Made by a program: the position numbers and the translations under genes
Shown here: positions 23,579-36,564 of the stretch, one piece after another
Position numbering within the stretch: the stretch's first letter is position 1
How the letters are laid out: the number at the start of each line of letters is the position of its first letter
DNA from: Octopus sinensis
Taxonomy: Eukaryota
Assembly: GCF_006345805.1 (NCBI RefSeq)
Contig: NW_021835954.1
Span: forward strand, 186,001-250,000
Direction of reading: 5' to 3'
DNA: 64,000 bases
Notes under the pieces: model-generated
Told to the model about the DNA's origin: nothing
The model's database searches: none
What the model saw: the letters and a program-made list of their open reading frames with translations, nothing else

Positions 23579-23625
<47 letters not shown>

Positions 23626-24400
23626 CAGTACAGTAAATTCAGGGTGAATACTTGATAAGTGTAAGCACCTGTATATGTCAGCCAGTAGCAGAGGTGAGAG
23701 GATATGTATCAAATGAAATAAAAAACAGAACACAAAGGGAAAAAGAAGAATAGAGGGGAAGAGAAGGAAACGTTAATGATGTTGGGATCACAAAAAAATA
23801 TATATAAATATAAATATAATTATAAAAGATAATAAAATATAATAAAAGATAAAGATATAAAAATGATATAGATATAAAAGATATAAAAATATAAAGATAT
23901 AAAGGACGTCAGGTATAAGGTCATAGATTCTAGAAATGTATTGTGAAAGTGTAAGAGGTACAAAAATAAAAATAAAAAACTAAAATAAAAAACAAAAATA
24001 AAATGAAATAAAGATAAAAAGATACAAAAGTATACAAAGTGATCGTAAAGACAAAAGGATTAAGATTAGAGAGATAATGGGTTAAAGTTCTGATGCTGTG
24101 GTGAGCGTCGTAAATTACTTTTAATTATTGGGGGAAGAGGAGTGAAATATGGATTTAGTTGTAGCGAGTGGTCAGTTTATGGCAGTCCCATGTTACATGC
24201 TTTAAGCATATCTTGTATGTGTGTACGTGTGTGTCTACATACTTACCCACTATCACATATATAAACCTGTTTCATGCAACTAATGATATGTACGGATGTA
24301 GGTATCATTACACACACCATGTCAACCTCAATCAACATATATATAAATATATATGCTTATATTATATATATATATATGCATATATATACATACATATATC

Positions 24401-24434
<34 letters not shown>

Positions 24435-24621
24435 GATATATTTATGTGTATGCGTCTGTACATGTTCACGCATACACACACCTGCGTACACATACATACA
24501 TACAGACATACATACGTATATACACATCCATATATTTATATGCACACATACATACATACATATATGCATATATACATCCACATACATATACATGCACACC
24601 CACCCATATATATATATATAT

Positions 24622-24667
<46 letters not shown>

Positions 24668-24716
24668 ATATATACATATGTATATATATATGTATATATA
24701 TATATAATATATATAT

Positions 24717-26300
24717 AGGTGTGTCGACACCAACTTGCATCTCCCCTTGCTAATCTGTGGAGAAACTCACTGGATGCTGGCTATATTCCAAAAAACCTTC
24801 TGTCCCAGTCTGTTATCCCAGTTTTCAAAAAGGGAAACAAGTCCCTTGCAGTGAATTACCGTCCGATCTCACTCACCTCTCATATCATCAAGGTATTTGA
24901 GAGGGTGGTGAGATCTCGAATAACCCAATTTCTGGAAAGCAACAGACGGCTGATCTCCAACCAACATGGGTTCCGTAATGGAAGGGACTGCCTAACGCAG
25001 CTCCTGCATCACTTTGAGGACATTTTGAGAGCTTTGGGAGAGGGCTCCAACACCGATGTCATCTACCTTGATTTCAGTAAGGCCTTCGACAGGGTCGATC
25101 ACAAGATCCTATTGAAAAAACTATCCAACATTGGTGTTTCTGGAAAGTTACTGAAATGGATTAAGTGTTTCCTGACAGACAGATCTCAACATGTTGTAGT
25201 TGAAGGGGTAAAATCAAGCCCAGCCAAAGTCAGTAGTGGCGTTCCGCAAGGCACTGTGCTGGGCCCACTTCTTTTCATCATTTACATTAATGACATTAAT
25301 GACATCATCAAGCACAGCAACATAAAAATCTTTGCAGATGACTCCAAGCTACAGAAGGTCATAAATGAGGCGAGTGACCGGACATGCCTTCAGTCAGATC
25401 TACTGGCTGTTATCCAATGGGCAGAAAAAAACAATATGCTGCTGAACGAGGATAAATTTGAGTTAATCCACTTTGGAAAAGAGGATGCCCTGAAACTCCC
25501 ATACTCCCTTCCTTCAGGTGAAACTCTCGCGGCGTCCAACAACATCAGAGACTTGGGAGTAATTGTGGACAACAACATAAGCTGGGCCACTCATATAAAC
25601 ACCAAAGTTGACATGGCCCGCAGAATGTGTTCCTGGATTCTCAGAACTTTCCAGTCGAGAGATATCCACACCATTATCCTTCTCTCTCCACTTTTGCCCG
25701 ACCCCACCTTGAATACTGTTGTCCACTGTGGTCTCCCCACACAATACAAGGTATCATAAAAGTTGAAGCACCTCAAAGGGCAATCACAAAAAAGATAGAT
25801 GGCATGACAGGCCTCGACTATTGGGGTCGACTAGAAAAGCTAAAACTCTATTCTCTCCAACGTCGTCGTGAGCGCTACATCATCTGCATGATGTGGAAAA
25901 TATTCCATCAGCATTGCCCAAATGATGTTGGCATCACCTTTAAGGTACATCCAAGGCTTGGGCCCCGTGCCATCCGCCCAAAACAAAAATCGCACTCTCA
26001 TCTCATAACAACAATACGGCACAATTATTTCACCTCAATTGGCCCCGCTCTCTTTAACATTACACCAAAACACATTAAAACAGAAACTGACCCTATAGGG
26101 TTCAAGAAGTCTTTGGACAGATTCCTTCAAGAAATCCCGGATAAACCCCCTACACCCGGATATGTCTCTGTAAACAATAACTCTCTACTTGAGTGGGCCA
26201 TAGTGCCCAAATTCTGACTTGAAAGACTTCACCAGGTGGTGCTATTAAGTTAGACATGGCCTGGGCCAATAATGGCCGAAACCTATCAAAGTATCAAAGT
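24717..26300 (+). mobile_element. CR1-group LINE, 5'-truncated (RT and C-terminus), one frameshift
   Basis: YRPISLTS, QHGFR, YLDFSKAFDRVDH, SGVPQGTVLGPLLF, FADDSKL; frameshift near 25680; stop at 26217; (ATCAAAGT)2 tail; sits in (TA)n. Confidence 0.9.
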
Positions 26301-26586
26301 ATATATATATATATATATATTATATAAATATATAAATATATTATATATATATATATATATATATACATATATATATACATATGTATATATACACACACAT
26401 ACTCACACATATACATATATACATACATACACACACATACACATGCACATATACATACACATACATATACATATACAAACATACTTTCTCAGTGATACTC
26501 AGTTTACCTACCATTATAAATAATACCAAATGTTCTTTCTCAGACCTTTCATAATGTGATACAAGTCTTTGGTGTAGCAACTGCAT

Positions 26587-26678
26587 GCGGCTGAAGAGGG
26601 CTTTAAACTATCTGTTATGTCGATTATACATTGATGTAAGAATAAGTTGTTTTATAAAGCTCGAAACATGTGTACCGC
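26587..26678 (+). ncRNA. Type I hammerhead motif with long stem II loop
   Basis: GCGG CTGAAGA GGGCTTT...AAAGCTC GAAA CATGT GTA CCGC: stem I GCGG/CCGC, cleavage triplet GUA. Confidence 0.7.
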
Positions 26679-26943
26679 GACATCCTTTGTATTCTGTTTT
26701 TTATTTCATTTGATACATATACAGACATATATATATATATATATATATATAATTGAGTAGTTGAATGAATTATCTTATTATGGATAATTCGGTTAACCGA
26801 TACCTGGGTAGCAAATTCACGTCAGAAAAACACGGTTGAAGCTACATGCCTAGGGCAGAGATCACGTGCTATCGCTATGGGCTCCGTGTGGGCAGGCATC
26901 TAAAAAATTTTTGTGCATCTTGATGCTGACATAAGTTCCTTAC

Positions 26944-27026
26944 TTTTCCTGATGAGAAGGCGGCATAATGCACCCTTTATTCCTTCGAAATTAGGAATAT
27001 GCAGCCTTCGAAACATATGTCGAAAA
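26944..27026 (+). ncRNA. Type I hammerhead motif with long stem II loop
   Basis: TTTTC CTGATGA GAAGG...CCTTC GAAA CATATG TC GAAAA: stem I TTTTC/GAAAA, palindromic stem III ACATATGT, cleavage triplet GUC. Confidence 0.75.
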
Positions 27027-27076
27027 TAAAATAAAGGAATTTTGTTAATTTGTCGTTCAACTCCATTCTTTCATTT

Positions 27077-27142
<66 letters not shown>

Positions 27143-27267
27143 GAGCAAAACGCCCCCGACCAATGGACGGTGCTGAATCATATCTGCTGAATAAAAAGCA
27201 ATCAGTGTTTTCTTTTCATTAAAAAATAATTAAGCGTGCCTTTATTTCGATAAAACTTTTGGTTTTG

Positions 27268-27690
27268 CTAAACGAAGTTAAGGCAAAAAAAAAATTCTTG
27301 AGAAACCAAATAGTCCTTCCTTCCTTCATGCCAAGTTTGAAGAAAATATCTCTTTTGCATCTTACTTTTTTGGTCTCTTAAATATACTGCATTTTGTGGC
27401 ATTATTTCAAGACACCCGGATTTTTTTACGCAAACTGCACGTGCATCTTTCTCGCACACGATCACAACAGCTGATGTACTTGCGCGTACAATGCACGTTC
27501 CCACGGCTTTATCGATCGTATTCTCACCTGGAATCGATTTTTGTAATTTTTTCAAGACTTATACACGTCCTGATACCATCGGTATCTACATATCAAATTT
27601 GAGCGCAATCAGATGGAGGATGCCCGAGATCCTAGAAGACACACAGACAGACAGACAGAACGGATTTTATATGATATATATGTATATATA
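27268..27690 (+). mobile_element. HINE/Lep1-like non-autonomous element
   Basis: CATATCAAATTTGAGCGCAATC motif followed by (CAGA)n and an AT-rich end. Confidence 0.35.
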
Positions 27691-27769
27691 TCGTTAGTAG
27701 AAGTGCATAAATCCGGGGGAGAAACACACTCTAAGATGTGGAGCAGTTAATATTATGAAGGGGGCCGGT

Positions 27770-27838
27770 TTATGGGGTTACCCTGGGTTTCTCGCTCGTA
27801 AGGGGTTTCGCCTTACGACGTATCTTCAGAGCCCAAAC
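27770..27838 (-). ncRNA. Possible type I hammerhead motif
   Basis: GGGCT CTGAAGA, stem II TCGTAAGG/CCTTACGA, GAAA CCC A GGG TA ACCCC; stem I has one mismatch. Confidence 0.45.
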
Positions 27839-28149
27839 ACTGCTAGCTTAAGACCTCTTCAAAATTTGGAAGGAGAGGTCTTAGGCCAGCAGTGATCGGC
27901 GTCTGACAATACGTTCATTTCTGTATGTGTGGATGCTTGTCTAACAAGCAGACACAATGAGGGAGGCCGCAGTATAGTCGCTCGACATGCTAGAAATAGC
28001 AGCATCTCTGAAAAACAATCTTTTTCCAAAATTTCAATTTTTAAAAAATCAGCCTGTTCTCAGCTGTCAGATTAACAATAATCTCCGCACAAGCATGAAT
28101 GTCAGAAAGACTTCCGCCCGTCCCGTCCCCCCATTTTCTCCTAAATTTC

Positions 28150-28193
<44 letters not shown>

Positions 28194-28336
28194 TATTATT
28201 ATTATTATTATTATTATGTTTTACCAAAATCTCCGTTTTCGGATACGGAGGTTCCGGAAAATTGCCAAAAATCGGCATTGTTAAATTTTCCCCCTCTTCC
28301 CCCTCCAAATTCTTCAATTTTGACTTTTCCCCAACT

Positions 28337-28384
28337 CTAACCCTAACCCTAACCCTAACCCTAAAACCCAAACCCTAACCCTAA
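28337..28384. repeat. Interstitial telomeric repeat (TAACCC)n
   Basis: About 8 units, some variant; TTAGGG is the usual molluscan telomere repeat. Confidence 0.8.
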
Positions 28385-29865
28385 ATCAGAATCAGAATCT
28401 CCGTATTTTTCAGCATATTTTGAAGAAAAAAAAAATTCTGAAAAAAGTAAAAAAAATGAAGGAAATGGGGAGATGGGGGTGGGGTGGTAATTTTAAAATG
28501 CCGATTTTTGCCAATTTTTTTGCAGATTCGTATTCCCCGTGGCCGAAAAGTGGGGTGGGTTGTGTCGAAAAAAATTTTATTTAAGGGTGGTTTGTGTGGG
28601 GATGGGCGGAAGTCTTGCTTGAATGTCTGTTGGACCAGCAGACGAAATTAGGGAGACATCGGTATGGTCACTCAACCTGCTAGAAATACCAGCGAAACAC
28701 ATGGAAAAATATTTTTTTCCAAATTTCAGTTTTAATCACCCGTCCCCCAGCTTTTATAATAAGGACACCACCCCACAAAAAGCAATGCATCTGCACAGTT
28801 GTCTCTTCTCTCCTTCCCCAACCAACATACACTGAATTATTAGGTAAATTGTTTGCTCCATCACACCTTCTTATTAATGAGAAAGTGAAATCGAGTTTTC
28901 ACAACGCATAATCCTGATTTCTTAACCCTAATGTTCGACAAGCTTTAAATGCTTCAAATTGTCGAAAAATCAGCACGAACATTTCATTTAACCCGACAGA
29001 CCAAAACCGTAATTTAACCAGAACTTGTAGAATAAAGAATCATAATTTTTCTTAATATTGCGTCTTCACAGATTTTATAGACTTGCAGTTGGTTTCTGTT
29101 CGCAACTTTAAAGAAATCTCTGCCATTGCCGCTTTTTCTAAGTCCTTAATCATAACTACATCCATGTCCAGGATACATCATAGCAGCACTTTTCAACTGA
29201 GGAAAAGGGGCCTCCGGGATGTGAGGTTCGAAAAGGTGGCGAAAGCGTCATGTTAGCTTTCTTCTTTGGCAGAGTTTCGGAACAGGACGCCCACGCAAGT
29301 TGGATTTCCTCCGTTTTGAAGGGGATTTTTATTCATTTTTTTCTTCACCGCGGCCCTGCAAATGACAATGGACATCTTTGACGCAAAAGAGCGTGCAGCT
29401 CGTTGGCCTGGTTGACATAAAAGAGCGGCCGTTGCTCTTTGGCCATAGCTGACACAAAGGAGGAAGAGATAGACTATGGTCAGTAATGTCGGTCAAACCT
29501 TAAACAAAGGACTAACCTTTCTTTTGACCAGCACAGGTCCTAGGGGATCGAGTGTTTCCCCATCAATCATCTTGTGTGGAGAGGATTTCCCGCTCGTTTT
29601 GACAAGCAGCAAGCGAGTGGATTTGGTTTCAAATCTCAGGCAGGGTCAAGCTAGATGCCTACACTGCTCGCCTTCTAGAGAGTTTCTAAACAAAGAAACG
29701 AACGATCTAGGGTGGGGGGTGCAATTTAGGACAAGGTGAAAATAACATTCACTTGTGAAAACTATTTTGTTGTTAGTAAATGTGATGCAAGGCTGAGAAA
29801 AACGGTGCATATCAGGAGAGAGAATCTTGAGAAGATATACGGGACGGGTATCTATTCGTGTTGAA

Positions 29866-30096
29866 GGCGGCGAGCTGGCAGAATCGTTAGCGTGCTGGAC
29901 GAAATGCTTAGCGGTATTTCGTCTGCCGCTATGTTCTGAGTTCAAATTCCGCCGAGGTCGACTTTGCCTTTCATCCTTTCGGGGTCGATTAAATAAGTAC
30001 CAGTTACGCACTGGGGTCGATAAAATCGACTTAATCCGTTTGTCTGTCCTTGTTTGTTCTCTCTGTGTTTAGCCCCTTGTGGGTAGTAAAGAAATA
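29866..30096 (+). mobile_element. Full-length SINE family A
   Basis: GGCGGCGAGCTGGCAGAATCGTTAGC head; 15-bp near-TSD GGTATCTAT(T/C)CGTGT at 29847-29861 and 30097-30111. Confidence 0.85.
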
Positions 30097-30819
30097 GGTA
30101 TCTATCCGTGTAAGTCCGAATAGCGGTGTCGCTTTGCTTGTGCAGAATGCAGAATATGCCGGTCGGTGCGCAACTGAGGCAGAGTGAACGAGCGTGCACA
30201 TGATGCAGAATGTACCAGTTGTTGCGTGACTGAGTCACAGTGAGTGAGCATGCAATGGCGTATACATGAGTGCGAGAGAAAATCCTGCAACTGTGAAATA
30301 AGCTGAGGTGAGTGAGTGCGTGTGTGCATTCTCTATCCATGATATCAGCAAAAGTTTTCTTGCGGGATTGAATTTTGTGTGAAAATGCCTTGAAAGGAGT
30401 GCAGAAGTGAATTGTGCCTGGTGTTGTTGTGGTGGGCATTTGCTGAGATTAGCCAGAACGACGACAGTGTGGCATGGTGGTGCGTTGCGTCGGACAGACA
30501 ATTTTCTTTATTAACTTCGTGACCAAGCTGGAGTCGAACAGAGGCAAGTTGTGTCTGACAAGAGCACAAAGAGCATGAGTTGACATCCGATGTACACAGA
30601 GTGGGGGAAAAAGAGCTGAGTGGGCACAGACATGATGAGAACAACTCCAAAGGCATAATATTGTGGTGCTGCATGTGTAGAACTGGGTGCGTGCGAAGAA
30701 AGAAATTACAGACATTCAAAAGGAGAACCTGTAGCAGAAGCCATGCAATAAAAACAGGTGAACAATGTGTGTGCATGGAATGTGCAATGCCAATGACCAA
30801 CGAGAAAATATATTTTTTT

Positions 30820-31220
30820 AAAAATAGCACTATGACCCGGCAACGCTGGGTCATAGTGCTAGTGCATGCATATACAGCTGCGGGCGTGCACACATACACA
30901 CGGGTACTGTCCAAATCTCCGACCAATCACATACATCTAGCTGGCATTCAATTGGCGTATCAAGTTTCGGGCATTTTGATTGGGTTTTGGATAGAAAATT
31001 CACAAAAAAGTCATTTCTATTGATTTTTTAATGGCTTTGCGGAGTGACTGGGGAAATGTAAAGATGTGCACGACCACCCTTGGACGGTTTTGAATGACCA
31101 TAGAAAGTGCGAGCCCTCTAACTGAAAAATTGTAGATTTGTATAAAGGACACACACACACACACACACACACCACACACACACACACACAGACATTTTGC
31201 CGTTTATTTATATATAGAGA
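30820..31220 (-). mobile_element. Non-autonomous Helitron, second copy
   Basis: Reverse complement of 16189-16560. Confidence 0.65.
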
Positions 31221-31498
31221 TATAAAACATTCGAAAATATATGCATATGAATTCAGTTGTTTTATTGAAACGAGTCGTCGCGGAATTGAATGCTACGTCT
31301 AAACAAATGAAGTGTAAATAAAACAATATGAAATAAGCAAAAATGACAAACTCGGCTAGAAAGTGTCCTGGTCCTGAAATGCAAAAATAGGTGAATGCAA
31401 AGAAAAGTTCAAGTCAATGGCTGTCGAAAACGTTGCGCGTGTGGGCTTCCATAGAGTTATCCGGTTAGTTCTTGTTCGAAAGGCTGTATTTACTTGTG

Positions 31499-31877
31499 AG
31501 TGGAGGCGCAATGGTTAGGGCAGCGGACTCGCGGTCGTAGGATCGCGGTTTCGATTCCCAGACCGGGCGTTGTGAGTGTTTATTGAGCGAAAACACCTAA
31601 AGCTCCACGAGGCTCCGGCAGGGGATGGTGGTGATCCCTGCTGTACTCTTTCACCACAACTTTCTCTCACTATTACTTCCTGTTTCTGTTGTACCTGTAT
31701 TTCAAAGGGCCGGCCTTGTCACTCTCTGTGTCACGCTGAATATCCCCGAGAACTACGTTAAGGGTACACGTGTCTGTGGAGTGCTCAGCCACTTACACGT
31801 TAATTTCACGAGCAGGCTGTTCCGTTGATTCGGATCAACCGGAACCCTCGTCGTCGTAACCGACGGAGTGCTTCCAC
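31499..31877 (+). mobile_element. tRNA-derived SINE family D2
   Basis: TSD ATTTACTTGTG at 31488-31498 and 31878-31888; homolog at 54953-55339 (-). Confidence 0.85.
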
Positions 31878-32115
31878 ATTTACTTGTGTGAGCGGTTTCT
31901 TTGGTGGATCTGTGCCTCGGGTTGCATTGTGTTGGCGAGTTCTTTTCCTTCGAGTTGTGTGTGACAAGTCGAAACGGAAAGAGTGTACAGTGGAAGTTGT
32001 TATTCTTGTCTTCGATGTGACGAGCATGATATGAACGCTGTTATTCTTGAACACGTCGGGGTCACCAACTGTAGCGGCTAATGTCATGCTTTGGGTTGAT
32101 ATATTGTAACCTTCG

Positions 32116-32794
32116 GTACTTTTTGGTTATCTCACCCCCATTAAAAAATTGGGTTATCTCCGCCGTTTTATGAAAAGTATCGGTACTTTTGGTTATCACC
32201 CCTAACTAAAAAAAATATTTAACCCTCAATAAAACAAAGAAAAAATTTTAAAAATTAATAAACATGAAAACGGAAAAAATATAAAGGAAAACTAAGATTA
32301 ACCATCTTATTGAATCTAATAACATTTTTATAACAAATCATACCCTTCCTATTGAGGGGGGCAAACGTCAACAATATGTTGAAGTATTGAATCAAAAGGA
32401 TCTGACCCTTTTAATCCAGTCTCTCGTCGCCAACTCAACTTTTAGTGGGGAGTGTAGTGTGATGGAGGAAAAGGACAAGATAAAAAGAAGTAAACAGGAG
32501 AAAGAAATGCAAAAAGGCCTCACCTGTTGACCTCGGCGAAATCAGCGGTCACTCTCACGAATTAAACACGTCTTGTCTCACTGCCGTCTCTACTCGAACT
32601 GACCCCACGTGCTTCCTGCCCACGTATGCCCTCTGCCTGTGTCACCGGTCCCTGCAATCCTTACTTCCGTCCACCTCATCTGCAATCCCCTCCACCAACA
32701 CCACATAGCTCCATCACAGCCCATAACACCACAGGGAGATAACCTAATATTTTAATGGCAATATTTTAATGGGGATGAGATAACCAAAAAGTAC
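32116..32794. mobile_element. Unclassified TIR element (~680 bp)
   Basis: GTACTTTTTGGTTATCTCA(C/T)CCCCATTAAAA inverted at both ends. Confidence 0.6.
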
Positions 32795-33344
32795 TTAGCC
32801 GTCTACCAAATGCAGAGTATAGATGTAACGCTTCAAGGTTCTCGCGTTGGGATACCAGTAAACATCGAAGAATAAACACCAGGAAGGAAGAATTATTATT
32901 CACATATGTTTATTTGTTTGCCCGACAGGTAGTTAAAGAGACAGTTGCGATTCTGGTGATAGTGACAACAAGGATGGCTCGCTGGTTAGTAGTTAATAGT
33001 GTACAAAATGGTTGTCTGTCAGTAGAGAATGAAAGAGTAAGGAATGCACGGTGCTGACTAGAAAGGAAGAAAGGATAGAGGTGGCATCGTTTTTCTTGCA
33101 GCCGAGGAAAGTGCTGCTCTTGGTCATGGCTGATGCAAAAGAGTGTGTAGCACGATGGCCCGGCTGACATAAAAGAGCGGCCGTTGCTCCTTGGTCGTAG
33201 CTGACACATAAGAGGAAGAGATAGGAAACTCTAGAATTTGATTCCAGACTAAGATGAAGGTGAGATTTTTTCAGCATGACAGAGATTCATGTCACAGATC
33301 ACGTGCAACATAACAGAGTCTGTCTAATGAAGGTATTACCATAT

Positions 33345-33660
33345 TGAAAGATTGGCCAACTCAGAGCTCTAACTTACATATTATCGAGCAAATGTAGACA
33401 GAACTAAAGAGAAGGGTTCGTCAGAAGATTCCATGCAATCTTGAAGAGTGAAGATGGAGAAGGTTTCTACACATCTCTTCCCAGGCGCATTGAAGCAATT
33501 ATTCAAACTAAGGGAAGCAACACGTAATATTAACAATGTACAGTAACTTCTTGAAATGATCATTATGTAAAAAAATTTCATTATAGGCATTTTTCTGTTT
33601 TAAAACATTGTATCTTTATTGGTTTATGTGAGGTGGCCGAAAATTTTTGCACAGCCATTT
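33345..33660 (+). mobile_element. Tc1-like transposase C-terminal relic
   Basis: DWPTQSSNLHIIEQM*TELKRRV and SLPRRIEAIIQTKG. Confidence 0.6.
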
Positions 33661-34177
33661 TTGGTGGTCATCATGCATCTTCTTCTCTCATTATAACCCT
33701 ACTGCAAAATATAATGATTAGATATGGAAATTACCCCTACCCCGTCTCTCTGCCCCATCACTTAGGATCTATCACTACATACCTGACACTCCTTTACTTT
33801 TTACACTATTATACCACTCTCTTTCTCTCTCTATCACCCCCCATTCCTTCTGTCTGACACTCCTTTACTCTTTACTTATCATCTTTTTACACTCTCAAAG
33901 CTTTCTTTCTCTATCACCCTCACCTCCACATTCCTACTATCAATTTATCTTGACTGACCACTAAATAGTACACTTACCCTCCCTTCATCTCTTTATTATC
34001 TCTCTACTTTTTTTTTGTTTTTCTTTTCTTTATTGCTCACTTCCTGTTTTCGATTTGACCTTACAAATACATTCCCTACTTTTAGATCACTTTAAATAAA
34101 ACCCTCGATTCAATAGCTCTGCGTACAAACTCTATACTTGGAATGTCCAATTTTAAATACTATTGGAACTTATAGTA

Positions 34178-35063
34178 AAATATACGTCAGACGTCGCCCA
34201 ACCGAGGAATTCCATCCGAAATGCGTGAAAAAGACGACGCAAGCGGGGGTGGGGTGAAGGTGTAGGCGGCATTTAGTAGCTATGGTGTTGGCCCTCTAGT
34301 TAAAGTTGATGGAAAGCTAAATAGTGTAGGTTTTATGAATCTAATAAAGGATAATGTGCCATATTTGACTCACCAAATGTCTCCGGGGGCTAATTATTAG
34401 TGGGACAATAGTCCTGTACACAAATCCAGAAAGGTTATGGAATTGTTTGATCACCATAATATTGATGTAATCGAATGGCCTCCCCAGAGCCCGAACCTAA
34501 ATCCGATCGAGAACTTGTGGAATTATGCTAAAAAAAACCATCTAATCTAAAACAATTATTCGTTTATATCAATAAAATATGGCAAAACATTCCCATAAAA
34601 TGTTTTAATCACTTAGCGAATTCCATGCCGATGCGTTGTTCACTAGTTATTAAGAATGAAGTCTACAACACAAAGTACTAATATGTATTTCGTTCTTGTT
34701 GCTAATTTTTGCTACAATCTTAAGCTTTAAATAAAATTATAATGATACGGTTTTAGACTAATTTTGCCGGTAAATTTGAAACGTTTATATTAATTATTAC
34801 TTTATAAGAAATAGAAACTTTATCATCGGTCTTAGATTTATTTAAGTGTATATAAGTATTCCTTGGTTATATTTAACATAATGGAATATTCCCATAATCT
34901 GTTATTTGCATGATAAAATAAACGTTCTCTAGTCAATCGTTTTAATTTCTTATTTAAGCCTAGTAATCCTCATTACTTCGGCTGCCTCGAATATTCACCA
35001 TGTTACGCGTGTTACTGGATTTTACCTGGAGAAACCCGTTAAAACTTTTCTCACACAGCTGTA
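34178..35063 (+). mobile_element. Tc1-like (DDE) transposon relic with 3' TIR
   Basis: YVRRRPTEEFHPKCVKKT, DNSPVHKS, EWPPQSPNLNPIENLW; ends ...CACACAGCTGTA. Confidence 0.75.
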
Positions 35064-35355
35064 GGTATGGAATAATACTCTCAATTGCCTCTTTGAATTT
35101 GCCTTTATATATTTTATATATTTCAGGTTTATATTTCTATATGCTTATCATCAGACTCTTAATATAAATATGTGGATCCTCGAATGGAATAATACCTCAT
35201 GTCTTACATCTGAATTCTGAATTTGCTTTTCTGAATACTTTAAGACAAATATCTGAAATTTTTCTCGGATATCAAATTTATTAATCTTTAGCTAATATAC
35301 GGGCGAAACAACAGTTGTACTATATACTGAAGCTTTATATCTATTAAAATTCTCG

Positions 35356-35403
<48 letters not shown>

Positions 35404-36136
35404 GGTTTCTTCTTTTTTTGCTTGGACACTGGCTTTTAACAATAGGTTTCCCTTATCTTGTTGAGTGGGATTGCGCCAATGCACAGCCTTTCCTCACTTT
35501 TAAAAAAAATCTTCTTGCACAGGCATTGCACGATAACAACATTGATTAAGCTTCGTGCAATGGCCATACTCGATAACGAGGGCGCAGCCACCATGTATGT
35601 ATGTATCTTTACTGATATATATATATATATACCTATTTATTTTTATATGCATACATACATGCGCGCATATAAACATGTGTGTCTGTGTGCACGTGCGTGA
35701 CTCAAATTGCAACATAGTGCAACGTTCACATTATATTTTTGTGTTTATACAATCAATAATATTAATACGCTAACTTTTTTTGTACGTACCTGTTGTCAGC
35801 GTCACATTTCTTTGAAGTGGCAAAGCGAGAGAAAAAGAGAGTAAGAGAGAAAAAGAGAGTGTGAAAGAGACATCAGTGGTGATGGCGTTCGTATTGTGCT
35901 TTTAAATGTTTCAGAGAGGAAGTAAAAAAGAAAGGAAGAGAGTGAGAGAGAATGAAAGAGAGAGTGAGTGGTGGCAGCGTTCGTTTTGTATTTTCAAATG
36001 TTTATTACATCTCAAGAGAAGTAGAGACCCGGGTACATAGACACAACAAATGTTGGCTGTCAGTTTCACTTTTCATTATCACACGAGAATAAAATTAACT
36101 TACAAATGGCTGAGTACTCCACAGCTACAACTCGAG

Positions 36137-36173
<37 letters not shown>

Positions 36174-36271
36174 TACATACATACATATATATATATATAT
36201 ATTCCACTGTAACTAGGTAAATAAAATCTTCGAACAAACGGTCAGTAGCGACACCTGCGGGTCTGACTACG

Positions 36272-36312
36272 CTGCATTGATAAAGGGCAACAACCCTGAA
36301 ACATGTCTGCAG
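36272..36312 (+). ncRNA. Minimal type I hammerhead motif, U3:A8 variant
   Basis: CTGCA TTGATAA AGGG-caacaa-CCCT GAAA CATG TC TGCAG; all three stems fully paired. Confidence 0.7.
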
Positions 36313-36533
36313 ATATCTGACTAGTAAGGTGAAGCGGCTGACCTCCTCTGTTCGAAGGTTTGTAATGGACGCAGGTTCGTGTGTCAAATAGCTAGCTAGA
36401 GGCGATGGCCTCTTGGAGCTAATCAGCGACAGCTTTAGTCTTATATTTATAGACTACCATATTAGTATGGTGATAACTATTAATATCCAGTAACGCTGCC
36501 GTAATCTCCTTTAGAGAGACTTAGTAATTTTAA

Positions 36534-36564
<31 letters not shown>

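Noticed and set aside
23652-23680. TTGATAA-GTG-taag-CAC hammerhead-like string
   Set aside because: GAAA is replaced by CTGTA; at most a dead relic, so not listed as a ribozyme.
29190-29255. CTGAGGA...GAAA hammerhead-like string
   Set aside because: Stem I and stem III could not be paired.
30110-30820. Cys-rich ORF (30580-31023) in a GC-richer segment
   Set aside because: No recognisable domain spacing or splice signals, and the ORF runs into a Helitron end; left unassigned.
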